A DNA stretch of 64,000 bases from Leptospiraceae bacterium (GCA_040217195.1 JAVJNR010000003.1:672001-736000); one strand, 5' to 3'; shown: positions 40,760 through 51,458, counted from the stretch's first letter. Notes: a model not told the origin generated them from the sequence alone. Numbers and translations: made by a program.

Positions 40760-41003
40760 CTATGGATTTCAGCCCCGGGCAGGCTTGCGAATTAGCCGGC
40801 TGCTGGAGATAGAACCAGGCCATCGCGGACTGGAAGAATCATGATGAATTGAACTTCAAGTCTTCCGGTTCGCAAAGCAGCCGGCCGCATGAATCAAGTC
40901 GAAACAGGTCCCAAATATACAGCTACAAAGTACGCATCGCGCCAAAAGCTGTCCGGCGAGATTACCCACTGCTACCCAGATCTCGACCCGGCCGCGGCGC
41001 CAA

Positions 41004-42335
41004 TCATGCGCCGCCCACAATCTCCTCCAATGACGATTCCAGAATCTCATACACAGTATCCAGTTGCTCCTCTTCAATGATTAGCGGAGGAGTAAGATAA
41101 ACTGTATTCGCAAGAGGGCGAATCAAGGCGCCCTTCTCTATAGATTTAGCTAACATCTGTGGCGCGAAATTACCGGTATAGCCGCTATCCAGGTTCACAT
41201 CCAGAGCTGCTACAGAGCCGTGGTAACGACAATTCTTTACATGCTTTCCGGCCGGACCTTCCATCAAGTTAATGAGAAAACGTCGATGCCATTGCTCCAG
41301 CTCTTCCACAACGCCGTTTTGCCGTAGCTCTTCAAAGATTTCCAGACTAACCAGAGATGCAATACATCCCATGGGGTTCCCTGTCATGGAATGACCATGA
41401 AAGAGTGTATGAATTCTATCATCGCTGTAGAATCCTTGATAAACCTTCTCTGTGGACAGGGTGGCAGCAAATGGAAAGTAACCTCCGGATAAACCTTTGC
41501 TCAGTGCAATTATATCCGGCCATACACCTGCCTGTTCAAATGCGAAGTAAGTGCCCAGTCTTCCGGTGCCAACGAACACTTCATCTGCTATCAAGAAAAC
41601 ATCATACTGATCGCAGAGTTTTCGAGCACCTTTCAGATACTCGGTAGAATAGAATTTCATACCCCCGGCTCCCTGAATCAATGGCTCCAGGATAAAACCG
41701 CAAATCTGGTCTGCTTTTCGCTTTAACAATGCCTCCAGGTCTGCAAGAGCCGCCTCACTGGCCTCAACCTTAACTTTTCCGGAAGCGAAATCAAATTCAT
41801 CCGCTGGAGAGGCCACATGATTCACATCAAAAAGCAGTGGCTCATAAAGTTTGTGAAAAACACTTCGGGTGCCAACGGACATTGTACCGATGGTGTCCCC
41901 GTGATAACCGTCCTTCAAAGAAATGAATTCGCACTTCTGAGAATTTCCCTGATTGCGAAAATACTGAAAGGCCATTTTTAGAGCGATTTCAACAGCTGTG
42001 GAGCCGTTGTCTGAGAAAAAAACTCGGGGAAGCGCATCCCCGGACTGACTGGAAAGGGCCTGACTTAGTTTAAGGGCCGGCTCATGAGTCATGCCAGCAT
42101 ACATGGCATGTTCCAGAGTTTCCAATTGCTTGATCACCGCTTCATTGATTCTTGGGTTGCAATGACCAAATAGATTTACCCACCAGGAGCCCACCGCATC
42201 AATAATCGCTCGGTCACCTTCGTAGAGAAATACCCCACTGGCCCGATCGATCTTGTACGGAGTATGAGCTAGTTTCATCTGGGTAAATGGCTGCCAGGCA
42301 TGTTTTTCATGAATCTCTTTGAAGCGTTCTTCCAT
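41004..42335 (-). CDS. bioA: Adenosylmethionine--8-amino-7-oxononanoate aminotransferase
   Basis: WQPFTQM, SWWVNLFGH, DNGSTAVEIALK, YHGDT, IADEV, LSKGLSGG. Confidence 0.92.
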   Translation of the reverse strand: MEERFKEIHEKHAWQPFTQMKLAHTPYKIDRASGVFLYEGDRAIIDAVGSWWVNLFGHCNPRINEAVIKQLETLEHAMYAGMTHEPALKLSQALSSQSGDALPRVFFSDNGSTAVEIALKMAFQYFRNQGNSQKCEFISLKDGYHGDTIGTMSVGTRSVFHKLYEPLLFDVNHVASPADEFDFASGKVKVEASEAALADLEALLKRKADQICGFILEPLIQGAGGMKFYSTEYLKGARKLCDQYDVFLIADEVFVGTGRLGTYFAFEQAGVWPDIIALSKGLSGGYFPFAATLSTEKVYQGFYSDDRIHTLFHGHSMTGNPMGCIASLVSLEIFEELRQNGVVEELEQWHRRFLINLMEGPAGKHVKNCRYHGSVAALDVNLDSGYTGNFAPQMLAKSIEKGALIRPLANTVYLTPPLIIEEEQLDTVYEILESSLEEIVGGA

Positions 42336-42426
42336 TGGTATACCCTGCAAAAGCACTCTTCATCGCCAAGGAAAAAGCCCCAGGAAAATGCTGGATTGGA
42401 GGGCGAAGAGACGTTTTGCTGTAGGT

Positions 42427-42819
42427 ATGGAACTTGATCTTGTAAGCTATTTGAAAGAGGGACCGACGATGGCTCTCGTAGGCGCTACGAACAACTCAAC
42501 AAAGTTCGGAAATATAATCTTCCGGGACATGGTCTCCAAAGGCTATGAGATCATTCCCATCAATCCTCGGGCAACCACGGTTAACGATGTTCAGGCCTAT
42601 CCGGATCTGGCCACTGCGAACCAGCAGCATGATCTGGACCTGCTGGTTTATGTTGTACCTCCGAAGCATACACTGGAGAGCCTGAAAGAGGCTCATGAAC
42701 TGGGTCTTAAACGGGTCTGGATTCAGCCCGGAGCGGGAAATCCAGACGTGCGAAACTACCTGAATGAAAATGGGTTTGAGTATTTGATGGATGCATGTGT
42801 AATGGTCGAAACCCGATAA
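42427..42819 (+). CDS. CoA-binding protein (YccU-like)
   Basis: ALVGA, PINP, VWIQPG, ACVMV. Confidence 0.85.
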   Translation: MELDLVSYLKEGPTMALVGATNNSTKFGNIIFRDMVSKGYEIIPINPRATTVNDVQAYPDLATANQQHDLDLLVYVVPPKHTLESLKEAHELGLKRVWIQPGAGNPDVRNYLNENGFEYLMDACVMVETR

Positions 42820-42861
42820 CAATTGCGGGCTTTTTTAATTACCCCATGTAAAGGACCAATC

Positions 42862-43614
42862 ATGAAGTTTAGCTCCAGGAGCCTAATTGCTCTTTCTCTA
42901 GTATCCCTTTCTTTTTTCCTCCAATGTGGTGCAGAAGTTCCCGATAGAAAAGGAATGTTTGCAGTTATTCATACCGACAAAGGTCAGCTTGTTGTGGAGC
43001 TATTCCCGGAAGCGGCCCCTAAAACCGTTGAGAACTTTGTAAAGCTGTCCAATGACGGCTTCTACGATGGTATCATCTTTCACCGGGTGATACCTCAATT
43101 CATGGCACAAACAGGAGATCCCGAGGGCACCGGACGGGGCGGACCTGGTTACAAATTCGAAGATGAGATTAGCGCGAAAGCCCTGGGCCTGGATGAACAG
43201 AAAGCCGGCGAAACAGGATACTACAATCGCCAGATCAGTCAGATAGCTATAGATCAGCTGGGGATCACCAGCCAGCAGGAGTTCAATCAGCGCCAGAATG
43301 AAGTTCAACGCGAAACAGATAAGCTAAGCCAAAAAAGCGCTGAGGAAATACTGAAAATGGTGGGTTATTCCTATAATAACGAGCTACCATCGATTCCGGG
43401 CAAGAAAGGGACCCTGGGGATGGCAAATTCTGGCCCCAATACCAATGGCTCCCAATTCTTTATAAACCAGGTGGAAACGCCGCATCTGAACGGACTTCAT
43501 ACCTTCTTTGGACAGCTTGAGGATGAAAGTTTTCCAGTTCTAAATGAGATTATCGCTGCCGGTAATGGGAACTCCAAAATCGAAAGTATTGAAATCGTAG
43601 ATAAACGACAGTAA
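42862..43614 (+). CDS. Cyclophilin-type peptidyl-prolyl isomerase, lipoprotein
   Basis: APKTVENF, FHRVIPQFMAQTGDP, GMANSGPNTNGSQFFI; FLQC lipobox. Confidence 0.9.
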   Translation: MKFSSRSLIALSLVSLSFFLQCGAEVPDRKGMFAVIHTDKGQLVVELFPEAAPKTVENFVKLSNDGFYDGIIFHRVIPQFMAQTGDPEGTGRGGPGYKFEDEISAKALGLDEQKAGETGYYNRQISQIAIDQLGITSQQEFNQRQNEVQRETDKLSQKSAEEILKMVGYSYNNELPSIPGKKGTLGMANSGPNTNGSQFFINQVETPHLNGLHTFFGQLEDESFPVLNEIIAAGNGNSKIESIEIVDKRQ

Positions 43615-43751
43615 TAGTCAATTCAATCTTTGACCCGGGCCTCGTCGGTAATCTACTGACGGGGCTGCCCTTCGCATTCCCTCCCTTTCTCTTTCCTACC
43701 CTTCCAACTTTCGAATAGAGGGCTTGCAGGCAGCGAAACAGACACAGGACC

Positions 43752-44147
43752 ATGGAAACACTGCTCTTACAGCATTATTTCTTTCAGGTATTTCACATCT
43801 GTCTTATTCTATTTAATCTTTTTGGCTGGGCATGGAGAAAGACGCTGCGCTGGAACCTATTCACCCTGCTATTGACTGCAGGCAGCTGGATTCTACTGGC
43901 ACCATTTTATGGACTGGGATATTGCCCACTTACAGACTGGCATTATCAAATTCTCTGGAAACTGGGCCACCTGGACCTACCCCGATCTTACATTGCCTAC
44001 CTGGTGCAGTCCGTTTCGGGAATTCGCCCGAACCCGGCACTCACTGATTTTATGACAGGCACTCTATTCTCCATGGCCCTGGTCACCAGTATAGCTCGAA
44101 ATCTGTGGACCAGCAGAAAAGAGGCTAGAAGTGATACTGCAGATTAA
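43752..44147 (+). CDS. DUF2784-like membrane protein
   Basis: GYCPLTDWH motif with TM segments. Confidence 0.7.
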   Translation: METLLLQHYFFQVFHICLILFNLFGWAWRKTLRWNLFTLLLTAGSWILLAPFYGLGYCPLTDWHYQILWKLGHLDLPRSYIAYLVQSVSGIRPNPALTDFMTGTLFSMALVTSIARNLWTSRKEARSDTAD

Positions 44148-44207
44148 TCAGCGAAAGCCACACCGGGCTTATTTCTTACTGATTCGCATTCGCCTCTTAC
44201 TCTGGAC

Positions 44208-45782
44208 TCAGAGTAATCTTCCCTGATTATCATCACCAAAGCGCTCCAGGTATTTCTTGAGTTTCACCTTCTTTCGCGTCTGCTCGGAAGTCATATAGCG
44301 AATCTTGCCGAATACTGGCCGCTCCTGCCAGGGCCGGTCAAATCGACCGAATACCCAGAATACGCCGCTGTAGCTATTTGGATTACGGCCATCGATGCTG
44401 TACTTGTTGTTCAGATGAAGAGTAATCTCCAGAGCTTCTCGGGGGCTCTTAGTCCATTCCAGAATCTTTTTTCCCCAGAGCATTCGCAAATAGTTATGAA
44501 TGATCCCGGTTTGCCTGAGCTGTCTCTGAGCCGCATTCCAGATTTCATCGTGTGTCTTTGCATTCTCCAGTGCTTCTGCCGAATAGATGTGTTCTCTGGG
44601 ATCCGAAGCATGCTCTAACAGTGTCCTTCGCGCCCAGTCAGGTAATGATTCGAATTGGTCAAAATCAGGTCGGTGGAAACAAAAATGATAACCGGTTTCT
44701 CTCCAGGTTAAAGCCTCATCCAGGAATGCATCCACTTCCGGAGGTCCGGGGAAAAACCCTCTGGATCCGTTATTGTAGATGAGTCCCTTCCACGAATCAT
44801 TCAGATCATATCTATCAAATACAGACTGAACAACCTCATGAATGCTTATCCTTCCAAAGTGCAGATAGGCCGATAGTCCGCTAGTGGCTGCTGCATCTGG
44901 ATCATTTCTTTGCTCCGTATAACTTGACATGGAAGAAACGAATCCCTGCATTCGCTTCATCGCCTCTCGTCGGCTACCAGACTGTACAATCCCCACCGAT
45001 TCATCCAGACGCAATGGGCTTAGAAGGGAGGCAGAGGCCTGCCCCCTCCAGTTTTCCAGAAGTCTTGACGTTGATTTGAGGCCCTCCTTCTGAAGTTTCG
45101 TCAGCGGTAGCTCCAGTGTCAGAGAGTGCTTTTGCTTTCGCATGGATAATGGCTTCTGTAAGGGGAAGTCCTGGTAGCAGGATGCAAATTTCTTTTGAAG
45201 GATCTTTCTGAATAAATAGGCGGAATACGGATCAGTCTGGCTTTCCTTGAGCGGTATGACTCCGTTGGAATCCACAGTCAGAAATGCAGTTTTTGACTCC
45301 CGTAGCTTTTTCTCAAGTGCCCTATTTTGTTCCGGAACTATGAATACCGGGAACTCATCTGTTATCACACAGGATGCACTTTCGCACAGTGTTTTGAAGA
45401 ATCCCCGGCTCTGTTCAGCGGATTCTGGGACAAAAGGCAGATAATGGGCCGGTCCGGCCCCCTTGCCAACCAATCGTTTTCCGTCCTCAGTTAGTTGAAG
45501 TAGCCATTCTTTTTTCCGGAAAAATTCGAAATGATCAGCCATTCCGTCCAGGATGAAGCCGTGGAATCTGGGGCTTGCATGGGGGTAGTCTGGTCGCAGA
45601 CCTTCGTAAATTAGAAGAGGCTTATCAAGCTTCTCTGCGATATGACAGGCATGCTGCAATCCAAAATTAGACTCCAGCCGGCGATGCATCTGCATCCAGT
45701 AAACGACGTACTGACCACTGGAAGAGGGAGGGTATGTGGTGCGCTGAAATACTCGATTCTCTGGAGCCGGTTGCAAAGCCAT
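44208..45782 (-). CDS. phrB: Class II CPD photolyase
   Basis: VVYWM, SGLSAYLHFG, HNYLRMLWGKKILEW, DGRNPNSY..FDRPWQERPVFGKIRYM. Confidence 0.88.
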   Translation of the reverse strand: MALQPAPENRVFQRTTYPPSSSGQYVVYWMQMHRRLESNFGLQHACHIAEKLDKPLLIYEGLRPDYPHASPRFHGFILDGMADHFEFFRKKEWLLQLTEDGKRLVGKGAGPAHYLPFVPESAEQSRGFFKTLCESASCVITDEFPVFIVPEQNRALEKKLRESKTAFLTVDSNGVIPLKESQTDPYSAYLFRKILQKKFASCYQDFPLQKPLSMRKQKHSLTLELPLTKLQKEGLKSTSRLLENWRGQASASLLSPLRLDESVGIVQSGSRREAMKRMQGFVSSMSSYTEQRNDPDAAATSGLSAYLHFGRISIHEVVQSVFDRYDLNDSWKGLIYNNGSRGFFPGPPEVDAFLDEALTWRETGYHFCFHRPDFDQFESLPDWARRTLLEHASDPREHIYSAEALENAKTHDEIWNAAQRQLRQTGIIHNYLRMLWGKKILEWTKSPREALEITLHLNNKYSIDGRNPNSYSGVFWVFGRFDRPWQERPVFGKIRYMTSEQTRKKVKLKKYLERFGDDNQGRLL

Positions 45783-46038
45783 GCTACAGTAAGCCAATTC
45801 GCCACTGTGTAGAAAAGTTAAATCGTTCTGGAATCGAGGACGAAGAAAGATACAGAAGAGGAAATTCCAAATGCAGGCTTGCTGGTAACCTGTGACAAAG
45901 ATGAGCACAGGATTCTGTGGCTTGATCTAAAACCAAATCACGTCACAGTGGAAAGTGAATGCAGACTCGGGGCTCTCTAAAGGGTTCCAATGACAATTGT
46001 CTAGCCCCGAATCATGCACTCCTGCCTACCTGGCATAC

Positions 46039-47250
46039 CTAGTAGGGGCGAACAGGCCGGCCCGATATCTTTTCCAGTTCGGGATCAGATAGCCCTTCCG
46101 GATTGCGGCCAAAGCTCATACCCATGGTTTCATAGATCCGAACTTCCTTTTCATCCACCAGCCGTTGAACAATAGCTTCTTTGGTATCCATATAATTGAT
46201 CTTTCCATCGTTGTAGCCAGCTACCGTAACGCCGAAGATACCCTGACTGGCCAGATAGAATGCACCTGCCCCTGCTTCCAGACCAAAGGCAGCATCGATT
46301 GGAGTTGTGAATCCACATCGCACCAGGTGACCTGGTCGTACTTCTCGAACTTCAGGAATCTCGTAGACACCTTCCACAAATTGACCGGTTCGAATCATGA
46401 AATCCTTGATTTCGGAATCTTCCTTAATTCTTTCCTCAATTTCCTTAACTACGTATTTTCCGGCACCCATTAACTTCTGGTGTCCAAAAGAATCCACTGG
46501 AGAATTCTCATCTACCAGCTCCTTTCCAGAAGCATCTCTCAAACCTTCAGCAACAAGAACCATTGCACTACCGGCTCGCACGTCGCTCAGTTCAACACGA
46601 TGCATAAATCGCTTCTTAAGGAATTCATAAAGATAATCAAAGTCCACTGGAAGCTCGGGAATAAGTACAGCATCCGCCTGGGCTGCCACGCCTCCCCGAA
46701 AAGCGGTATGACCGGCGTAACGACCAAATACTTCCATTACGATAATTCGATTATGGGTTTGACCGGTGGTCCGTAAATCCCGGGCAAATTCGGCTATGCG
46801 ATTAATGGTGGAATCTCCACCCACCGAATAAGTCATCAGGTCCAGGTCCATGGTCTTGGGCACATGCAAACAGGGAATACCTTTGTCTGCCAGGTCGGCC
46901 ACCACGGATCCTGTATCGTCGCCGCCCGCGATTACTACGGCTTCTATGCCAAATTTTTCCAGGCCCTTCCTTATACGTTCGTACTTATTGTCATCCTTGA
47001 TCTTTGCAATTTTAACCCGGGAGTTGCCGGCTTCACTGCCAGCAAGATAGACAGCAATTTCCGCCAACCTGTCTTCGGTAAGTTCCGTTAGTCCGGGAAG
47101 GTCCACAAGATTGTACAATCCTGCATATCCATTAGGAATTACAAATGTCCTGGTGCCGCGTTGTAGTGCGGTGAGAGCAACTCCGCGAATCACTCCATTT
47201 AGGCCCCCGCAATCTCCGCCGGAGGTGAGTACAGCGATTTTCTTCAGCAT
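46039..47250 (-). CDS. Phosphofructokinase, probably PPi-dependent
   Basis: LTSGGDCGGLN, GGDDT, PKTMD, EVFGR. Confidence 0.85.
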   Translation of the reverse strand: MLKKIAVLTSGGDCGGLNGVIRGVALTALQRGTRTFVIPNGYAGLYNLVDLPGLTELTEDRLAEIAVYLAGSEAGNSRVKIAKIKDDNKYERIRKGLEKFGIEAVVIAGGDDTGSVVADLADKGIPCLHVPKTMDLDLMTYSVGGDSTINRIAEFARDLRTTGQTHNRIIVMEVFGRYAGHTAFRGGVAAQADAVLIPELPVDFDYLYEFLKKRFMHRVELSDVRAGSAMVLVAEGLRDASGKELVDENSPVDSFGHQKLMGAGKYVVKEIEERIKEDSEIKDFMIRTGQFVEGVYEIPEVREVRPGHLVRCGFTTPIDAAFGLEAGAGAFYLASQGIFGVTVAGYNDGKINYMDTKEAIVQRLVDEKEVRIYETMGMSFGRNPEGLSDPELEKISGRPVRPY

Positions 47251-47425
47251 GGCGGTAACGTGGGTGGAGCTTCCGTAGATTCAACCATTATTCGAATCCC
47301 GGTCCATAGATTCCTCCTTCGGAACAAAAGGATGTATAACAGATTAGTTGCGATAAAGCCCGGCAATTGTCCCTGCTCGCTGCGCTGCTCCGGCAATCAG
47401 AAAACAAGTGTCCTGTGACGATTTC

Positions 47426-47479
47426 GGAGATGCTGGAATCGTTGGAGATGCTGGAATTGTTAGAGATGCTGGATATGGT
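47426..47479. repeat. Imperfect 18-bp tandem repeat, three copies
   Basis: GGAGATGCTGGAATCGTT / GGAGATGCTGGAATTGTT / AGAGATGCTGGATATGGT. Confidence 0.8.
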
Positions 47480-47539
47480 AGAACTGCCCGAAAGTCTTCT
47501 CTCTCAGAGGGGTCTCCTGGAGGGGAATTTCGATGATTC

Positions 47540-49330
47540 TTATTGGGGAATTTCCACACCATATTTGGTGAGTCGTTTTTCAATGCCCTGGATTTCTGAT
47601 TTAAGCCTGGGTATGGATGCTAGAGTCCTTACCAGCTCATCGTCTCTAAAAATGTACAGATAATTGTACAGGTTCATTACAATGGTTTCCAGAGCTTCGT
47701 CGATTCGCATTCCGTTTAACCGGGTGCTTCCGGCAAGAATGCGATCATGCATTGGGATAAATCGAATGGAAGGCTCCAGAATTTCAATAGGATAGGTCTT
47801 GGTCCTGAGCAAATTGTCACTGGCCTTTTTATTCGCCTCTTTTTCCACCGCCTGCTCATGGTTATGAAGTACCAGCCGCAGACTGGCCACGGTTCTACGA
47901 AACAATTTGTTGGCCCGAGCCACCACATGAGCGAACCCAGCAATCATAGCATCTTTGCTACCAGCTTTAAGACCTGCGATGTAAGCTTGAAATGTGAAAG
48001 TGGTATTCTTATATTTGCGAAGGAACTCTTCCATTTCCCGGTGCACGCCCAGACTTTCATCTGCTTCCAGTTTAAAGAGTCCCGATTTAAACAAAATTCC
48101 ATCCCCTACTCCACCGGTCTCATGATCCACCTGCACCGTTCCGGTAAGAAGACTTAAAACGGTCATTTCATAGTCCGCCAGTAGCAGATGCATTAGCCGA
48201 TGGGGTTCAGATTTCTGGGCTTTGATGTAGTCCTGATTCATGCCCTTATCTGGCTGGGTTTTACGAATCACAGATCCCAGTATCTGATCCAGAAAATCCA
48301 CGGTTACTCTGCCATTGGAGTCAGTTTTAAAATAATTCTTTCTGACTTCCTGAATCTCTTCAATGGACTCTCGTCTGGTGCGAATCTCTTCTTTTAGTTT
48401 GGAAATCTTTTTATTGATTCGCTGCATTACCGAATCTGGAGCCCGGTACTCATCCATGACGGGCTCTTTGACTTTTAGCTCATCCAGCAGCTCCGGCCAA
48501 CCCAGGATCTTCTTTCGCTCCAGTGCGTATAGGGCCAAAAAGCAATCGGAAAGCTTGGGTCTGGTCTTTTCCAAACCTACCAGCTGCCTCATTACCTTTT
48601 CCGTTGGATTTGCCAGCTTAGAGATATCTTCGCTTCCTCCAACCCAGGGTGGAAACTCATCAACCAGCACCTTTTCCCAGCCTGGCATCTTTAATAGCTG
48701 CGAATACAATACCTGCGCTTTAAGTGTTTCCTGAATGATAGTAGCCGGACTGTCCTGCTTCTTGAATAGAACTGGAACTTTGATTAATTCCTGAAAGAAC
48801 TGATACGCACAAACCAGTACGTTGTATTTTTCAGGAGGAAAGGATTCCCAGGCATTGACTACTGCGAAACGAAAAGCCCGAATAGCAGATACAATGCTTT
48901 CCTCATCAAACTGATCAAAGACTCGGGGGACGGATTTAGATAATTTTAAATTAAGTGCAAGGAACCCGGAATCAAGAGTTCCGGTTCTCTCTCCCCACTT
49001 TGCCAGGTCGCCACCGAACAATGAAGTAAGGAAGCCCGGCTTGGCTGGCGCCGCTGATCCTTTCTTTGCAGGCGCTTTTTTGGCCGGTGCCTTTTTGCCG
49101 CCTGGGCTTCCGCCGCCGCGTCTGCGACCATCGCCCCCCCTGGTTTCAACCCCTCGGGAGCCACCACCTTCCCTTTCATCCACCTCTTCAATTCGCTTGA
49201 TACGAACGAAGATATCACTCACGTTCTTTACAATGTCATCCACCTGCTTCTGAGCGTCTGGAGATCGCTGCTTCTGATACAGCTCTCCAAAATACCGGTG
49301 CGCCTGGGATCGTGTTAACGTGGGATCCAT
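47540..49330 (-). CDS. Hypothetical helical protein with a KKAPAKKAPAKK segment
   Basis: 596-aa ORF; Gly/Arg- and Lys/Ala/Pro-rich linker; coiled-coil stretches. Confidence 0.7.
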   Translation of the reverse strand: MDPTLTRSQAHRYFGELYQKQRSPDAQKQVDDIVKNVSDIFVRIKRIEEVDEREGGGSRGVETRGGDGRRRGGGSPGGKKAPAKKAPAKKGSAAPAKPGFLTSLFGGDLAKWGERTGTLDSGFLALNLKLSKSVPRVFDQFDEESIVSAIRAFRFAVVNAWESFPPEKYNVLVCAYQFFQELIKVPVLFKKQDSPATIIQETLKAQVLYSQLLKMPGWEKVLVDEFPPWVGGSEDISKLANPTEKVMRQLVGLEKTRPKLSDCFLALYALERKKILGWPELLDELKVKEPVMDEYRAPDSVMQRINKKISKLKEEIRTRRESIEEIQEVRKNYFKTDSNGRVTVDFLDQILGSVIRKTQPDKGMNQDYIKAQKSEPHRLMHLLLADYEMTVLSLLTGTVQVDHETGGVGDGILFKSGLFKLEADESLGVHREMEEFLRKYKNTTFTFQAYIAGLKAGSKDAMIAGFAHVVARANKLFRRTVASLRLVLHNHEQAVEKEANKKASDNLLRTKTYPIEILEPSIRFIPMHDRILAGSTRLNGMRIDEALETIVMNLYNYLYIFRDDELVRTLASIPRLKSEIQGIEKRLTKYGVEIPQ

Positions 49331-49463
49331 GGAGTTGGGTTCTATTCCGAAAAAAACTTCCTGATAAGCAAGTAAACAGGTTCAAGGTTCAACAAGTTCT
49401 GTCTAACTGTCACGTCAAATCCTGTGCTGAAAGCTGCAAATACCTGCAGTATGGATATCAAAT

Positions 49464-49490
49464 AAAAAAGCCCCCTGATTCAGGGGGCTT
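49464..49490 (-). terminator. Rho-independent terminator of etfBA
   Basis: Minus strand AAGCCCCCTGA-A-TCAGGGGGCTT inverted repeat followed by a T-run. Confidence 0.8.
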
Positions 49491-49525
49491 CTCGACCGCC
49501 CGGGGCGGCAGATAGTCGGCCTGGT

Positions 49526-50464
49526 TTAGCCCAGTACCTTTTTGAACTCGTCCGTAAGCGCTGGAACTACCTTGAAGAGGTCATCCACTACTCCATAGGT
49601 AGCCACTTTAAAGATAGGAGCATCCGGATCTTTGTTAATTGCAACAATGTACTTGGATGAACCCATCCCTGCCAGGTGTTGAATGGCACCGGAGATTCCG
49701 CAGGCGATGTAGCAATTGGGAGACACAGTCTTACCGGTCTGGCCCACCTGATGGGAGTGGGGAATCCAGCCTGCATCTACGGCTGCTCTAGAGGCGCCCA
49801 GTGCAGCTCCAATAGTATCGCAAAGAGCCTGCAGAAGTGGCCAGTTTTCCGGGCCCTTAATTCCACGACCGCCGGATACAATGATAGAGGCATCAGCCAG
49901 AGTTACGGTGCTTCCCGCAGAGGCATCCACATCCTTCAGCACATCCTTTACATCTCCGCCATTGCTTTCAGTGGCTTCGATCGTTTCAGGTCCTTTGTGA
50001 TCGGTTACTTCTTGAGAGTTAGGACGAATGGTAATTACCGCTGGAGACTTTAGCTTGATATTGGCGAAAGCTTTTCCTGAATAGATAGGCTTTTTAACTT
50101 CCACTTCATCGCCGCCGCCTTTAACTTCAACCACGTCGGCTACAGCCGTTCCATCCAGTGCGATTGCCAGACGACCGGCAAAATCTCGACCTTGAACGGA
50201 ATGAGGAACCAGAACAAACTTGGCACCTTTCTCTTTTGCAACTTCCGCTGCAATGTTCGTCCAGGCTTGAGGTGAGTAATCGGAAACGGTGGCTTTTACA
50301 ACCACATCGGCACCCGCGCCAAAGAGTTCCTTGGCATGATCATCGGTTCCGTTAATAAGTAGAGCGGTTACAGGTCCGCCGATTTTTTGACCGGCAGATA
50401 CCAGCTCTTTGGAGATTTTTTTCAGGGCATCGCCCTTGATTTCTGCTACTGCTAATACTGACAT
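49526..50464 (-). CDS. etfA: Electron transfer flavoprotein alpha subunit
   Basis: IVSGGRG, GASRAAVDAGW, QVGQTGK, GISGAIQHLAGM. Confidence 0.95.
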   Translation of the reverse strand: MSVLAVAEIKGDALKKISKELVSAGQKIGGPVTALLINGTDDHAKELFGAGADVVVKATVSDYSPQAWTNIAAEVAKEKGAKFVLVPHSVQGRDFAGRLAIALDGTAVADVVEVKGGGDEVEVKKPIYSGKAFANIKLKSPAVITIRPNSQEVTDHKGPETIEATESNGGDVKDVLKDVDASAGSTVTLADASIIVSGGRGIKGPENWPLLQALCDTIGAALGASRAAVDAGWIPHSHQVGQTGKTVSPNCYIACGISGAIQHLAGMGSSKYIVAINKDPDAPIFKVATYGVVDDLFKVVPALTDEFKKVLG

Positions 50465-50487
50465 TCTATTCTCCCTTTAATCGTGCC

Positions 50488-51249
50488 TTAGACGACTTTG
50501 GCCTCGTCACGGAGTAGTTTAACAAGCTCAGCGGCTTTAGCTTCAGGCTCTTCGCCTTCGATAATGCGACCTTCGGGACGTGCCGGAGGCATTTCCAGAG
50601 AGGTTACTTCGATTTTAGGAGGCTCAACTCCCAGAGAGGAAGCCTCAACGGTTTCAATCTGCTTTTTCTTCGCAGCCATAATTCCTTTCAGAGAAGGGTA
50701 GCGAGGATCGTTCAGATTCTTCGCAGCCGTAACGACTGCAGGCGAAGGAACTTCCATGTTGGCTGTTCCGCCTTCTACTTCGCGCTTGGCTTTTACAGTT
50801 CCGCCTTCCACGGAAAGCTCTACGGCATTGTTAATGCTGGCAGCTCCCATGAGCTGTGCTACCATAGTGGGCACCAGGGAAGAAGAAGAATCAATAGCCA
50901 CATGACCTGTGAGCACAACGTCAGGGGCCTGATCTTTCAGGTAGGCAGCCAACAAACGAGCTGCATAGCCAGTATCCAGGACGTTATAGGATTCATCTTT
51001 AATATGAACGGCCTTGTCAACACCCAGAGCATAGGAAGTACGCAGAGCTTCTACGCAGCGATCCGGTCCCAGGGATACAGCGGTGATCTCGCCGCCGGTC
51101 TTTTCGCGCAGACGAAGAGACTCCTCCAGAGCATGCTCATCGAACGGAGATACAATCCATTTAACTCCGCCTTCTACAATTGATGCGCCGGATACCTTAA
51201 TGGATGTTTCGGTATCGGGCACTTGTTTTACCAGTACGAAAATTTTCAT
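50488..51249 (-). CDS. etfB: Electron transfer flavoprotein beta subunit
   Basis: VKQVPDT, PFDEHALEE, REVEGG, PRYPSLKGIMAAKKK. Confidence 0.95.
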   Translation of the reverse strand: MKIFVLVKQVPDTETSIKVSGASIVEGGVKWIVSPFDEHALEESLRLREKTGGEITAVSLGPDRCVEALRTSYALGVDKAVHIKDESYNVLDTGYAARLLAAYLKDQAPDVVLTGHVAIDSSSSLVPTMVAQLMGAASINNAVELSVEGGTVKAKREVEGGTANMEVPSPAVVTAAKNLNDPRYPSLKGIMAAKKKQIETVEASSLGVEPPKIEVTSLEMPPARPEGRIIEGEEPEAKAAELVKLLRDEAKVV

Positions 51250-51458
51250 AAAGCAAGGGCTCCTTGAATTTTGCATCGTTCGGACAAGCCGAAGCAGTCG
51301 AACCGAAGGACAATTTTTGGGTTATTGGACTCGGGTCAATGAAATAAACCGCAGAGCCAAAGACTGTGCATGCGACAATTAAGGGGCAATGGATGGATAC
51401 TATTGCCGGGCCGAATCGATTTATGTCCCCCGGATTTGGTGCCCCTGTTCAGTCAGTT

